Below the pieces are notes generated by a model. That model did no database searches, had not been told where the DNA came from, and saw only the letters and a program-made list of their open reading frames with translations. DNA of 64,000 nucleotides, from IMG/VR virus record IMGVR_UViG_2925597055_000005, positions 1-64,000 of that record, one strand, 5' to 3'. The position numbers and the translations under genes are program-made. This DNA is from an uncultured virus (IMG/VR IMGVR_UViG_2925597055_000005) (taxonomy: Duplodnaviria; Heunggongvirae; Uroviricota; Caudoviricetes). Shown here one piece after another: positions 9,901-19,199 of this stretch. Within the stretch, counting starts at the first letter, position 1; each line of letters opens with the position of its first letter.

Positions 9901-12900
9901 CCCTGCATCAGATTTTTAATCGAAATTTTCCGCCCTTGCTCCGCACTTACAACGCGCTCTGTACGTCGCCCGATCTCTTCGCTATCCATAACGGTTACAA
10001 GCTCGATGTGCATCGGCTGCCCGACGTTCGGCTCAGCAACTGTAGCTTCGAATGCGTGCTTGACCTTCGCCATCTTACCGCCGGTCAGCGCCATTGACGG
10101 ATTGTACGCGTAATCCTGTGCGTCGATCATGGCCGCGTTTGCCATCGCGTCTGCCGCTGACCTAACCGCTCCGATATTCCGTTCGATACCGACCGCCAAA
10201 CCTAACGGCAAGAACTTACCGACTTCGTCCCGGAATACGCGAGAAGGCGAGTGGATGCCGAAGAATCCTTTAATGCCATCCGTGATGCTGCCGGCAAAGT
10301 CGCCGATTTTCCCGAGAATCCAGTCCCTTACGGAGTTGATTCCGTTCCATAAACCCTTAATCAAATCGACTCCGGCGTCAAACACTTTACTCACGTTATC
10401 ACCGATCGCGCCTGCCAAATCCGTCACAATTTTTACGCCCATTTGCAAGAGCTTTGGCACGGCCTGGATCAAGCCGTTAATTAGCGCGACTAATAGCTTG
10501 ATTCCGAGATCGATTAGTTGTGGCATAAATCTGATGATCGTATCGACTAATCGCGAAAGTAACGTAATTGCGGCCGAAACTAATTGCGGAAGCGCCTGGA
10601 TCAAACCGTTAACTAGTGCAATGATTAAACGGACGCCCGCGTCAATGATTTTCGGTAAATTATTGATCAGCGCCTGGGCCAAACTGACGATTAAGAATAG
10701 CGCCATTTCGATAAGCTGAGGAAGCATCGTAATAATTCCGTCGACCAAAGCCGTTAAAATCTGAATGCCCGCCTCGAGTATTAACGGTAGATTGGTCACA
10801 AGCGCATCAATTAGCGCCATGATAAGCTGAAGCGCCGCTTCGATTAGTTGCGGAAGGACCTGAATGATTCCGTTAATCAGCGCGTTAAGAATCTGGATGC
10901 CAGCCTCAATAATCATCGGCAATAACGTAACAATCGTATTAATCAACATCGTTAATAATTGCGTTGCCGCCGTAATGATTGCCGGAAGTGCCGAAACAAT
11001 CCCTTGGATCAGCGATGTGATGATTAAAATACCTGCGCCAAGAATCGTCGGCAAAAGCGTTGTGATCGACTGGATTAGCGTCGTTATGACTTGCGTAATT
11101 GCCGATAGAATATTCGGTAGCGCTTGCGTAAATCCGGTTAGAAGGCCCGTTATGATCTGAACGCCGGCCTGCGCAAGCATAGGTAGATTCGCAGTGATCG
11201 CGTTTACGACAGAAGTTACGAGATTAACAAACCCGTTTAGGAACGTCGGCAAGTACGTCTGGATACCTTTCTCGATTGCCGGCAAGAAGCGCGTTCCTGC
11301 GATAATCAGGCCGGGAAGTCCTCCGACCAACATGCCGATAATCGTCGGAATATATTTCGTAATCGAACTGAAATCGCCTTGAAACGCTTTATTGACGGCT
11401 CTTATCAAATTCGTAATCGCGTTCCGTACAGCCGTAGCTCCTGCGATAATTAACTGGACGACTGAATCCGGCAGAATTTGACGCAACTTATCGGCGCCAC
11501 TTGCGAAGTCACCCGTCAGAACCTTTGCTAATCCGCTAAATAACGTCTTCAGTGTCGCAAGGGCCGGAGCGAGCTTTGCGCCGATTGTGTCCGCCAAGGA
11601 TTCGAGCTTAGTACGGACGGCTTCGTTGTTCTTGATTAATAGCGCGATGGCTGCGACTGCTGCGACGATTGCTCCCACTGCCAATCCGATATGAGCGATA
11701 ATTAGCAGCAGTACCGAACTCGTAACGCCTAATGCTGCCGCCACTCCGCCGAACGCTGTGGTAAGGGTTCCTACTGCGGAAACGACCGAACCTACGAAGA
11801 TTAAAATTGCTCCAAAAACTGCGACTAAACCTGTAACAACAGCGGCAGCCGAACCAGCGTACGCTATAAACTTTTGCATCCCTGGGGATAGTTTATTAAA
11901 GCCGTCCACTAGAAACTGCGCAACACTTACCAGTTTAGAAAGTGCTGGAAGTAACGCGTTACCTACCGATATCTGCGCAGTTTCCACAGCACCGCTTAAT
12001 TCTTCTATTTGCCCTTTAAGATTGTTCATTTTCTCCGCGGCAACCTCTGCGGCTGTTACTTTGGACATTTCTTTCCACATAGAATTAGCGCCTTTAGCGC
12101 CTTCTTTCATCATAATATTTGCAGCTCGAATAGCATCGGTACCGAACATAGTTTTTAACGCCGCCTGCTGTTGTTGTGCTGTCAAACCTTTTAATTTGTC
12201 TTGTAGAACTTGCGACATATCAGCGAAAGATTTAACGTTACCTTTGGCATCGTAAAAGAGATTGGCCCCTTCTTTCGTGATTAAACCAAGGTCTTCCATC
12301 GTTCCGTATGCTTCCTTAGAACTTGGCGTTAAATTCAAAAGCATAGTTTTAAGCGACGTACCAGCATCCGAGCCTTTGAGCCCGTTTTGCGCAAAGATTG
12401 CCAACGCTGTAGACGTATCCTTGAACGATAACCCGACGCCTGAAGCAACCGCCGATACCATAGACAGTCCGTACTTTAATTCGTGAACATCCGTTGCCGA
12501 TGCGTTTGCTGCACCCGCAAGCATATTAGCCGCCTGCGTAACTGAAAGGCCGTCTTTTTTGAACGCGTTTAGCGCTGTCGATGCAATTTCCGCAGCTTCT
12601 CCGAGATCGAGTTCGCCCGCAACCGCTAGATCGAGAGCTCCAGCCAATCCGCCGCCCATTATATCCTCAAGCGAAACTCCGGCCTTAATTAGCTCCTCGA
12701 TACCTTGGCCCGCCTCTAACGAGCTGAATTTCGTTTTAGCTCCCATATCAACTGCTAAGTCTGTCAATTTCTCCATCTGGTCGCCCGTTGCTCCAGATAC
12801 CGCCTTGACGTTGGACATTTGTTGCTCGAAATCCATCGCTTTGTTTACTGCCGACCCAAGACCGGCCCCAACACCCGCGGAGATCGCGCCAAAACCAAGA

Positions 12901-13028
12901 GCTATAGATTGGCCCATGCTTTGAAGTCGCGATCCGAAGTCTCTCAGTGCGTTTTGCGATCGTTGCAATTCCGTAGTTAGGTTAGAAATATCGGCGCCAA
13001 TCCGGACGATAATCGATTGATCCGCCAT
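9897..13028 (-). CDS. Tail tape measure protein
   Basis: 1043 aa; AMDFEQQMSNVKAVSGA, KGSDAGTSLKTML, periodic LP repeats, GIHSPSRVF. Confidence 0.95.
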   Translation of the reverse strand: MADQSIIVRIGADISNLTTELQRSQNALRDFGSRLQSMGQSIALGFGAISAGVGAGLGSAVNKAMDFEQQMSNVKAVSGATGDQMEKLTDLAVDMGAKTKFSSLEAGQGIEELIKAGVSLEDIMGGGLAGALDLAVAGELDLGEAAEIASTALNAFKKDGLSVTQAANMLAGAANASATDVHELKYGLSMVSAVASGVGLSFKDTSTALAIFAQNGLKGSDAGTSLKTMLLNLTPSSKEAYGTMEDLGLITKEGANLFYDAKGNVKSFADMSQVLQDKLKGLTAQQQQAALKTMFGTDAIRAANIMMKEGAKGANSMWKEMSKVTAAEVAAEKMNNLKGQIEELSGAVETAQISVGNALLPALSKLVSVAQFLVDGFNKLSPGMQKFIAYAGSAAAVVTGLVAVFGAILIFVGSVVSAVGTLTTAFGGVAAALGVTSSVLLLIIAHIGLAVGAIVAAVAAIALLIKNNEAVRTKLESLADTIGAKLAPALATLKTLFSGLAKVLTGDFASGADKLRQILPDSVVQLIIAGATAVRNAITNLIRAVNKAFQGDFSSITKYIPTIIGMLVGGLPGLIIAGTRFLPAIEKGIQTYLPTFLNGFVNLVTSVVNAITANLPMLAQAGVQIITGLLTGFTQALPNILSAITQVITTLIQSITTLLPTILGAGILIITSLIQGIVSALPAIITAATQLLTMLINTIVTLLPMIIEAGIQILNALINGIIQVLPQLIEAALQLIMALIDALVTNLPLILEAGIQILTALVDGIITMLPQLIEMALFLIVSLAQALINNLPKIIDAGVRLIIALVNGLIQALPQLVSAAITLLSRLVDTIIRFMPQLIDLGIKLLVALINGLIQAVPKLLQMGVKIVTDLAGAIGDNVSKVFDAGVDLIKGLWNGINSVRDWILGKIGDFAGSITDGIKGFFGIHSPSRVFRDEVGKFLPLGLAVGIERNIGAVRSAADAMANAAMIDAQDYAYNPSMALTGGKMAKVKHAFEATVAEPNVGQPMHIELVTVMDSEEIGRRTERVVSAEQGRKISIKNLMQG

Positions 13029-13043
13029 GTAGCCCCTCCTTTC

Positions 13044-13360
13044 TTATTTGATGTCAAATTGCGACAGCCATTCGGAGGCCTGATGTTGCTTTGCAATAAC
13101 TTCCTGCGGAATATCGACCTCATCCTCTGCTGTTTTGGGACGCGTGAATAATTCCGATTGCTTGATGCTTTTCTTAGCTGAACGGACCTTTCCGATCATC
13201 ATCGCGAGTGACGCCAAGTCGTCGTATTGATCGAACTTCTTGTCTTGTTGCGCTTGGACTAAGATGTGGTACTCCCGAGGTGTTAGAGCGTAGACTTCGT
13301 CAGGCTTTAATGATAAATACCGCCAGGCCTCGCCAAGTACTTGATCTATTCCAAAATCCC
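13044..13360 (-). CDS. Tail assembly chaperone, second (T) frame, probably reached by -1 frameshift
   Basis: Open -1 frame without its own start (GDFGIDQVLGEAWRYLSLKPDEVYALTPREY...SQFDIK*) overlapping the G gene end at GGGGATTTT. Confidence 0.7.
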
Positions 13361-13711
13361 CGCCAGCATTTCTGCCGCTTTCGGATCTTTCTTCAGAAGC
13401 TTTTCCGCTGTTTTCTTGTAGAAAAAACTGTTCGATACAACCTCGTTCGTGATCTTAAGAATCGTATCCATATCAAGTACTTCTTTCTCGACTCCTTCTT
13501 CGATAGCTGACCGAACCTTGGAAATCGAAATATTCTTTTCGGTGTGAAAAAGACCCGCATGTACAATGTGTACAAACGTCTCTAAATCCCCGACAAGTGC
13601 TTTACCGATTAATTCGAATGAGCCTCCTTGGTATAAACCGTCAAGATGTTTGACGCTCTTAAACGTTAGCTTTAATTCGTACTCTTCTCCTTCGATTTCA
13701 AAACGTGCCAT
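13346..13711 (-). CDS. Tail assembly chaperone (G)
   Basis: Between tail tube and TMP; FEIEGEEYELKLTF start. Confidence 0.75.
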   Translation of the reverse strand: MARFEIEGEEYELKLTFKSVKHLDGLYQGGSFELIGKALVGDLETFVHIVHAGLFHTEKNISISKVRSAIEEGVEKEVLDMDTILKITNEVVSNSFFYKKTAEKLLKKDPKAAEMLAGILE

Positions 13712-13773
13712 ATAATCGTCTCCTTCTCGTTTTTATTCATTAAGTAAAAAAGACACCGCGATTAAGCGATGCC

Positions 13774-14259
13774 TTAAGGTGTAATCGTTTCTGTGTCTGT
13801 ATCTCCTTTAGCTGGCGCCGATGATGACGGAGCACCTGCCGGAATTTCCGTTAGAGTTTCCTCGGTAACGTCTCCGTTCAATGATCCTTCGAGTGAATAC
13901 GTTGCGAAATCTCCGTTCCCGAATTCGCGCTCGAACGAAGAAATCATATACATACCGCTTTCCGCCTCTTTAGTCCGAGTATCGATTTCGTAAATTTTGA
14001 CGAACTCTTTCCTTCTGATTTTCTTTTTCATCGCCTTAATAAACGGATCTCCCTCTGTAATAACGCCCTCAAGCGAGACGGATTGCGTTACCTTTCCGTA
14101 GTCACTGCCGGTTTTATCTTTCGTATCCAAGTCGATCGAGTCAGCTTCGATACTAGTTGTTCCGCTCGTTTGGTTAAACGGACGGATCATCTTTTCGCCC
14201 GCATCTGTTTCGATTACCGCTGCGTATAAAATCTCTTCTCCGCGATATTCTACCGCCAA
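13774..14259 (-). CDS. Major tail tube protein (TP901-1-like)
   Basis: Position, size, beta-rich; terminator-like hairpin at about 13746-13773. Confidence 0.75.
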   Translation of the reverse strand: MAVEYRGEEILYAAVIETDAGEKMIRPFNQTSGTTSIEADSIDLDTKDKTGSDYGKVTQSVSLEGVITEGDPFIKAMKKKIRRKEFVKIYEIDTRTKEAESGMYMISSFEREFGNGDFATYSLEGSLNGDVTEETLTEIPAGAPSSSAPAKGDTDTETITP

Positions 14260-14276
14260 ATTAAATCCCCCTCTTG

Positions 14277-14705
14277 TTATGCGTTCAATGTCGTATCTAT
14301 CTCGATGTCAAAATAAACACGATGATAATTCGTCTTATCTGCCAGTTCTTCCGCAGGCAACGGAACCACCGCCGTTAAATTGACATAAAAAAGACCGAGC
14401 GTTTGGCTCGGTTCATTTGCGTTAATAAGCGATATTTTATCGAATAAAAATGTCCGATTAAGCTGCTCCTGTACGGTTGCTCGTTCTGTTGCGGTGTTTG
14501 TGTGAAGTCCGATTTGAAACCGGTAAACCATTCGCACAGATTCTCGTTGTTTCGAAACCACGGTCGGAGTATTCTGCCTCTGCTGGACCGTAATAAAAGG
14601 CTTGGTTTCCGGTAATACAACGCCGTCATAGATCCATACGACCTCAAATCCGGTTTTCTTGGCGAGATGTTGTATAATCGAATATTGAACATCGATTTGT
14701 CTCAT
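14277..14705 (-). CDS. Tail terminator-like protein
   Basis: Position between the gp10-like gene and tail tube. Confidence 0.55.
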   Translation of the reverse strand: MRQIDVQYSIIQHLAKKTGFEVVWIYDGVVLPETKPFITVQQRQNTPTVVSKQRESVRMVYRFQIGLHTNTATERATVQEQLNRTFLFDKISLINANEPSQTLGLFYVNLTAVVPLPAEELADKTNYHRVYFDIEIDTTLNA

Positions 14706-15058
14706 CGGCCTAAACCTCGTACCAAACGAAGTATTTTCCCGCGAAAAACACGTTCGTTACTCCATACGACATCCCGAATAAATCCGCTTTGAGTTTTGTG
14801 CGTATACTCTTGAATCTTTGCATAATCTACGTCCGATCCATATTCCCACAGCGCAGGCGCGACTTTTTCCGGACTGGCTACAATGCTGTTTCGAAGTTTC
14901 CCCGTCTTCACAGGAGCCCGCTCAGCGGATTCGTTCGCCATCAATAGCGTTTGAGCCTCGGTTACTTCGTCTGCTTCTTGTACGAATTGCGTTGCGTCAA
15001 GACCACGCAATACTCGATTAAGACCTTCGACTGAAATACGTACCTGGGATCGACTCAT
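14702..15058 (-). CDS. HK97 gp10-family tail completion protein
   Basis: APVKTGKLRNSI...DVDYAKIQEY. Confidence 0.8.
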   Translation of the reverse strand: MSRSQVRISVEGLNRVLRGLDATQFVQEADEVTEAQTLLMANESAERAPVKTGKLRNSIVASPEKVAPALWEYGSDVDYAKIQEYTHKTQSGFIRDVVWSNERVFRGKILRLVRGLGR

Positions 15059-15450
15059 CTCCTCAGCCTCCCAACAATCTCAGCGCGGTTTCTTGCTCCG
15101 ATTCCTTTTTTATCTACGGATAATATCTCGTAGGTCTTTCCGTCATAGATTACGCTTTTAAGAGACTCGTAAATATCTTCGATCAGTTCGATAGCAATCG
15201 AGAACCAAATATCGCCGGATTGAATTTCGATTCCGTCCGCTAGATACTTATCGAACTTAACCTGCGAACTTATTTCGGTGACTACGGAGGGAACAATCCG
15301 TTTTGGCGGTTCTGCCTGCGGCAAGGGCTCGTTTGTTATCGGATCTCTTACGACTTCTCCTTCGTAAAATAAAACAACGTCATGAGTACGTCCTTGAATG
15401 ACTTCTTTTCGCGCATGCTTCATAAACGCGACATCTTCCGGTGTTATCAC
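15055..15450 (-). CDS. Head-closure / head-tail joining protein
   Basis: Position; YDGKTYEILSV motif. Confidence 0.55.
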   Translation of the reverse strand: MITPEDVAFMKHARKEVIQGRTHDVVLFYEGEVVRDPITNEPLPQAEPPKRIVPSVVTEISSQVKFDKYLADGIEIQSGDIWFSIAIELIEDIYESLKSVIYDGKTYEILSVDKKGIGARNRAEIVGRLRR

Positions 15451-15461
15451 GCAGCCACCTC

Positions 15462-16271
15462 CTATTTGTATTTGTCGTATAACTCATACGTTAAATAGCC
15501 GGTACAATTTATGTGCATCATATAGATTTCCGGATCATCCGGTTTGTACAGTCCGGCGCCCATTCCGTAACGATCATCGAGTTCAAGCTGTGTGCATCGG
15601 TGATCCGGTCGATTAGCCTTACCGCGATGAACACGCATTGCTTTAACGACTCGACTTTGTTGCCCAGTGTAAGACGCCGCAACTCTATGCGCCGTATTCC
15701 CTTCCGTTACAACCAGACGCCTGATTTTCCATGCGTCGTTTTCGTATACTTTACGTACATTAGCGCTAATCTCACTGACGGACTGGCCCGTTATAATTCC
15801 CGTTCGAATAGCTTTCGAGAGCTCATCGCGCTGGTCACCTGCAAAACGCCATACGCGGTCGGATAATACTAAACCATCGTCACCTACTCGATTTACAATG
15901 TAACGAACAACATTTTTGTTGATCTTATCGAAAGCAACTCCGGATATAGCTGCGGCGCCTACCGACTCCACAAACGCTGTTTTTATTGCGTCCGAAGTTG
16001 TCGAGGCTGTATCATCGAATATTTTCTCGAAGGCGTTCATACCGGTAGTTTTGACGAGCTTTTCGATCGTATCTAACTCGCGAAGTAGTTTGTTCAAGCG
16101 CTGCTTTTTAATTTTTCCGTCGCTGTCGCTGTACTCCGTAAGTAAATCAACGACCTCAAGGCGGATTCGTCCGATCTCCTTTATCGCGTACTCCTGCTGA
16201 TTCGCGTTTAGCTTACGATACTGCATCGAAGCCTTTTTAAGCTGGCGATCTAATTCCGCTTGGCTGCTCAT
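15462..16271 (-). CDS. Minor capsid / MuF-like head morphogenesis protein
   Basis: LSDRVW, RRLVVTE, HINCT motifs. Confidence 0.7.
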   Translation of the reverse strand: MSSQAELDRQLKKASMQYRKLNANQQEYAIKEIGRIRLEVVDLLTEYSDSDGKIKKQRLNKLLRELDTIEKLVKTTGMNAFEKIFDDTASTTSDAIKTAFVESVGAAAISGVAFDKINKNVVRYIVNRVGDDGLVLSDRVWRFAGDQRDELSKAIRTGIITGQSVSEISANVRKVYENDAWKIRRLVVTEGNTAHRVAASYTGQQSRVVKAMRVHRGKANRPDHRCTQLELDDRYGMGAGLYKPDDPEIYMMHINCTGYLTYELYDKYK

Positions 16272-16606
16272 CGATCATCAGCTCGTTTCGGATGCATCTG
16301 GCTGCCGCTTCTCCGATAAGCTTTACGATAATCTTTTCGGGCGTCTTTTCCGAGTTGCGTATAATTAGCGAAAATGTTCGTTTTGTCTACCGATTCTTCT
16401 CCGTCTTGGAAACTGAAGAACCTTGCCGCATCACTCGCGATAGTTTCATATGCGATAGCCAGCGCTAAAAATAGGACTGCATTTTCGTTTTCTTCCGCAG
16501 TTAGACCAGATTCAGCTTCGGCTTCGGCGATCCATGCGGCAATATCGTCCGCTGTGACGCCTTCCACTCTACTTAATCGCGTTGCTAGTCGACTTGATAC
16601 CGCCAC
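16268..16606 (-). CDS. Head-tail connector-like protein
   Basis: Position; GTG at 16606 fits RBS GGAGGTG. Confidence 0.5.
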   Translation of the reverse strand: MAVSSRLATRLSRVEGVTADDIAAWIAEAEAESGLTAEENENAVLFLALAIAYETIASDAARFFSFQDGEESVDKTNIFANYTQLGKDARKDYRKAYRRSGSQMHPKRADDR

Positions 16607-16620
16607 ATGACTCACCTCCG

Positions 16621-16809
16621 TTATTTTTTCGCTTTAGTAGCTTTAGGCTTAGGCGCCGGATCATCTATACGCTGAATAAACGGTGACGCCGCATCAAGCG
16701 CTTTGATTTCCTTCTCAACATTCGTTTTGTACATGCCGTATCCGTTAAAAACGAGATGTAAACCGTCTCTCATAAATTCGTAATTTGGTAGCGTCTTGTA
16801 TTCTGCCAT
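16621..16809 (-). CDS. Small hypothetical virion protein
   Basis: Coupled ORF in the head operon. Confidence 0.5.
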   Translation of the reverse strand: MAEYKTLPNYEFMRDGLHLVFNGYGMYKTNVEKEIKALDAASPFIQRIDDPAPKPKATKAKK

Positions 16810-17147
16810 TACGCCATCAGCCCAGCCGCTTTTAATTTAGCAAGCAATGCATTGAAGTCCGTTACAAGACCGGCAATGTCTGTCGCTGTGCTGTTCGCTT
16901 GGGCTGCCGCCTTTGACGCAGTCAATTTACCGTCCAGTGTAGTCTGTAAATTCGTGACATCAGCGATTTTGTGCGTATGTGCTGACGGCGGGAAAGACGA
17001 CGGTTTTCCTGTGACATCCGCCCATTTAACCGATACTTCTGCGCCTGAGCTCGATTCTAAGTTCGCTAGTAGGTCGCCGAGCTTAATGTCATTCGCAACT
17101 GGCATCGACATGTTAAGTCGTTGAACATCCTCTTTACTTAAAGCCAT
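16809..17147 (-). CDS. Head fibre / decoration protein
   Basis: WADVTGKPSSFPPSAHTH and DFNALLAKLKAAGLMA motifs. Confidence 0.7.
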   Translation of the reverse strand: MALSKEDVQRLNMSMPVANDIKLGDLLANLESSSGAEVSVKWADVTGKPSSFPPSAHTHKIADVTNLQTTLDGKLTASKAAAQANSTATDIAGLVTDFNALLAKLKAAGLMA

Positions 17148-17201
17148 TTACGGCCTCACTCCTTTCGAATTATAATAGGGGCCCTAAGAGGCCCCGTCGT
17201 A

Positions 17202-18323
17202 TTAGGAAACAGATTTTGAGATGCCAGAAAGAATTGCAACTGATTCTTTCGCGTTCTTGATTTCGAAGCCGAGTTCGCCACGGATTACACGAGAGAAATA
17301 ATCTGCGCCGTTTGGTGTCGCATCTTGGTCGTACACAGGAGTTAGATAACGAGCTTTGATGTTATCGAGATCAAGTAAAACAGCGCGGTCCTTCGGCATG
17401 TTTTGGTCAACAACAACTTGAGAAACTGCGCCACCAGGCAGATCGCTCATGAATGACATGATTTGATAACCGACTTGGCCCTCTCCGCGAGTAGTACGAA
17501 TAGTGTCACCGGCAAGCTTTGTAATCTGACGGGAGGTGTTTGGAGCACAAAGAATTGTATTAACTCGCCCGCCGCGCTTGAAAGTCTCTTCGATGGCGTC
17601 GTTTAAGCCTTTTGCCGTAATCTCTTTTCCACCGAAGTCTTGATTTTTTGCTCCTTGCTCTTGGGCAAAAGCGAATAATCCGCCAGTAGAGCGAGGCTGA
17701 GCCGCTGACCCTTGGTATTTTCGACCATAAATAAGGGAGTTGTTCATCTCCCGGACCATCTCTTGAAGACGAAGGTTAACCTGATAATCGAGTTCATCAG
17801 AAACACCATACGTATTAACCTGTTGCTGTGTACGAGACACGGAAGCATAACGAGAGAAAATTTGCGAGTAGTTGAACGACACAATACGATCATTAATCTC
17901 GTTCTTTCTAAATACGTCCTCCCCTTCCGGACGCGGACGAGAAATCACCTTCAATTCTCCGTTAGATTCAACTGCTTCTGGAGTAGTCGCATCATATCCA
18001 CGTTGAACCGTGATTTTGTCTGCAGCTTCATCGACTGCTGTTACGCGCAGCACTTCAAGACCGTTTTGCACGAGCGCATTTTCAGTAAATTTACGTGCGT
18101 CTCCTTCGGCTAACTCGATTTCAGTTGCGTCCGCTGCGGCCGCTGCTTTAGCGACGCCGGTGTCACTGTTCAAATAATCGTTCTGCCATTCGAATTTAGT
18201 TTGCGTGAGTCCTTCCCCTGTGCCGATGAGACCGAAAAGAACTGGTGCCTTCGTTAGAATTAAATCTACGTTCGCTTGCATTTGGCGAACCTGTTGCTGG
18301 AAATCATAGCTAGTTGCTACCAT
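17202..18323 (-). CDS. Major capsid protein (SU10/DUF5309-like)
   Basis: 373 aa after scaffold; TKFEWQND, NYSQIF...VSRTQ, PRSTGGL, GELGFE. Confidence 0.85.
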   Translation of the reverse strand: MVATSYDFQQQVRQMQANVDLILTKAPVLFGLIGTGEGLTQTKFEWQNDYLNSDTGVAKAAAAADATEIELAEGDARKFTENALVQNGLEVLRVTAVDEAADKITVQRGYDATTPEAVESNGELKVISRPRPEGEDVFRKNEINDRIVSFNYSQIFSRYASVSRTQQQVNTYGVSDELDYQVNLRLQEMVREMNNSLIYGRKYQGSAAQPRSTGGLFAFAQEQGAKNQDFGGKEITAKGLNDAIEETFKRGGRVNTILCAPNTSRQITKLAGDTIRTTRGEGQVGYQIMSFMSDLPGGAVSQVVVDQNMPKDRAVLLDLDNIKARYLTPVYDQDATPNGADYFSRVIRGELGFEIKNAKESVAILSGISKSVS

Positions 18324-18380
18324 GTGTTAATCCCCCTAATTGTTTTTGTAATTAAAAAAGCCGCCAGGAAGGCGACTGAA

Positions 18381-19112
18381 TTACCGTTTGTTTTTTAAAC
18401 TTAAAAGCTCATTGAATACCTTGGTCACTGTTCCGGAGTACCGGCTATCCTTAAGAGCTTTTTGTTTGGCCTCTTCGAGTTCTTTTTCTTTCGCGACAAT
18501 CTCTGTTTGAGTATTGTTAGTCGCCGGATTGCTTCCGCCCGCTGCGTCGGCTCCGATCGGCGGTTTAAACATCCACGGACTTGACGCTTTAAATTCCGCG
18601 ACAGCTTCTTCGGCCCCAACGACGTTACCTTCTTCGTCAATCTGTACCGCTGACTTATCGAGTAGCGCGAGAACTTGATTCGGATCGTTTGCGTTAAGTG
18701 AACGAGCGATAGCGCGAAGCTCCGTGTTAATAATGCGTTGATTAGCCGCTTCTTGAGCTTTTTTAGCGGCTTCCGTAGCCTCTTCCGCTTTCTTGGCCGC
18801 TTCTTCTTTTTCGACTCTTAATCGTTCAGCTTCGGACATTTCCGCCTTTTTGCGCTCTTCTTCCGCTTCCTCATACGCTTTTAATCGTTTAAGCTGCTCT
18901 TCTACTTCCGCCTGCTTCTTTTTCTCGCGTTCAAGACGTTTATTTAAAATCTCGTCAAGTTCCTCCTGCGTGAACGTCTTTTCCGGTTGTTGTGTTTGCT
19001 CAGTCGGTGTTGGTTCCGGCTCCCCAGCCGTAGTTTGAGCGTTTGTCTCTTCCGGTTCCTGTTCCGAGAAAAATTGTAGATTTAAACGCGACAGCTTTCG
19101 TTGTATATCCAT
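18381..19112 (-). CDS. Capsid scaffolding protein
   Basis: ATG at 19112 after GGAGG; RLNLQFF, KTFTQEELDEILNKRLERE, coiled coil. Confidence 0.85.
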   Translation of the reverse strand: MDIQRKLSRLNLQFFSEQEPEETNAQTTAGEPEPTPTEQTQQPEKTFTQEELDEILNKRLEREKKKQAEVEEQLKRLKAYEEAEEERKKAEMSEAERLRVEKEEAAKKAEEATEAAKKAQEAANQRIINTELRAIARSLNANDPNQVLALLDKSAVQIDEEGNVVGAEEAVAEFKASSPWMFKPPIGADAAGGSNPATNNTQTEIVAKEKELEEAKQKALKDSRYSGTVTKVFNELLSLKNKR

Positions 19113-19199
19113 TCGTATACCTCCGTTTAAAGCCCGTCGGCTATGAATTACGCAAAACAACAACCGATAGTTTAACGACATATCGTAGGTCAAGCGTTG

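Noticed and set aside
10129..12924. Long plus-strand ORFs inside the tape measure gene, and similar antisense ORFs elsewhere
   Set aside because: Shadow frames of codon-biased genes, with no RBS or recognisable motifs.
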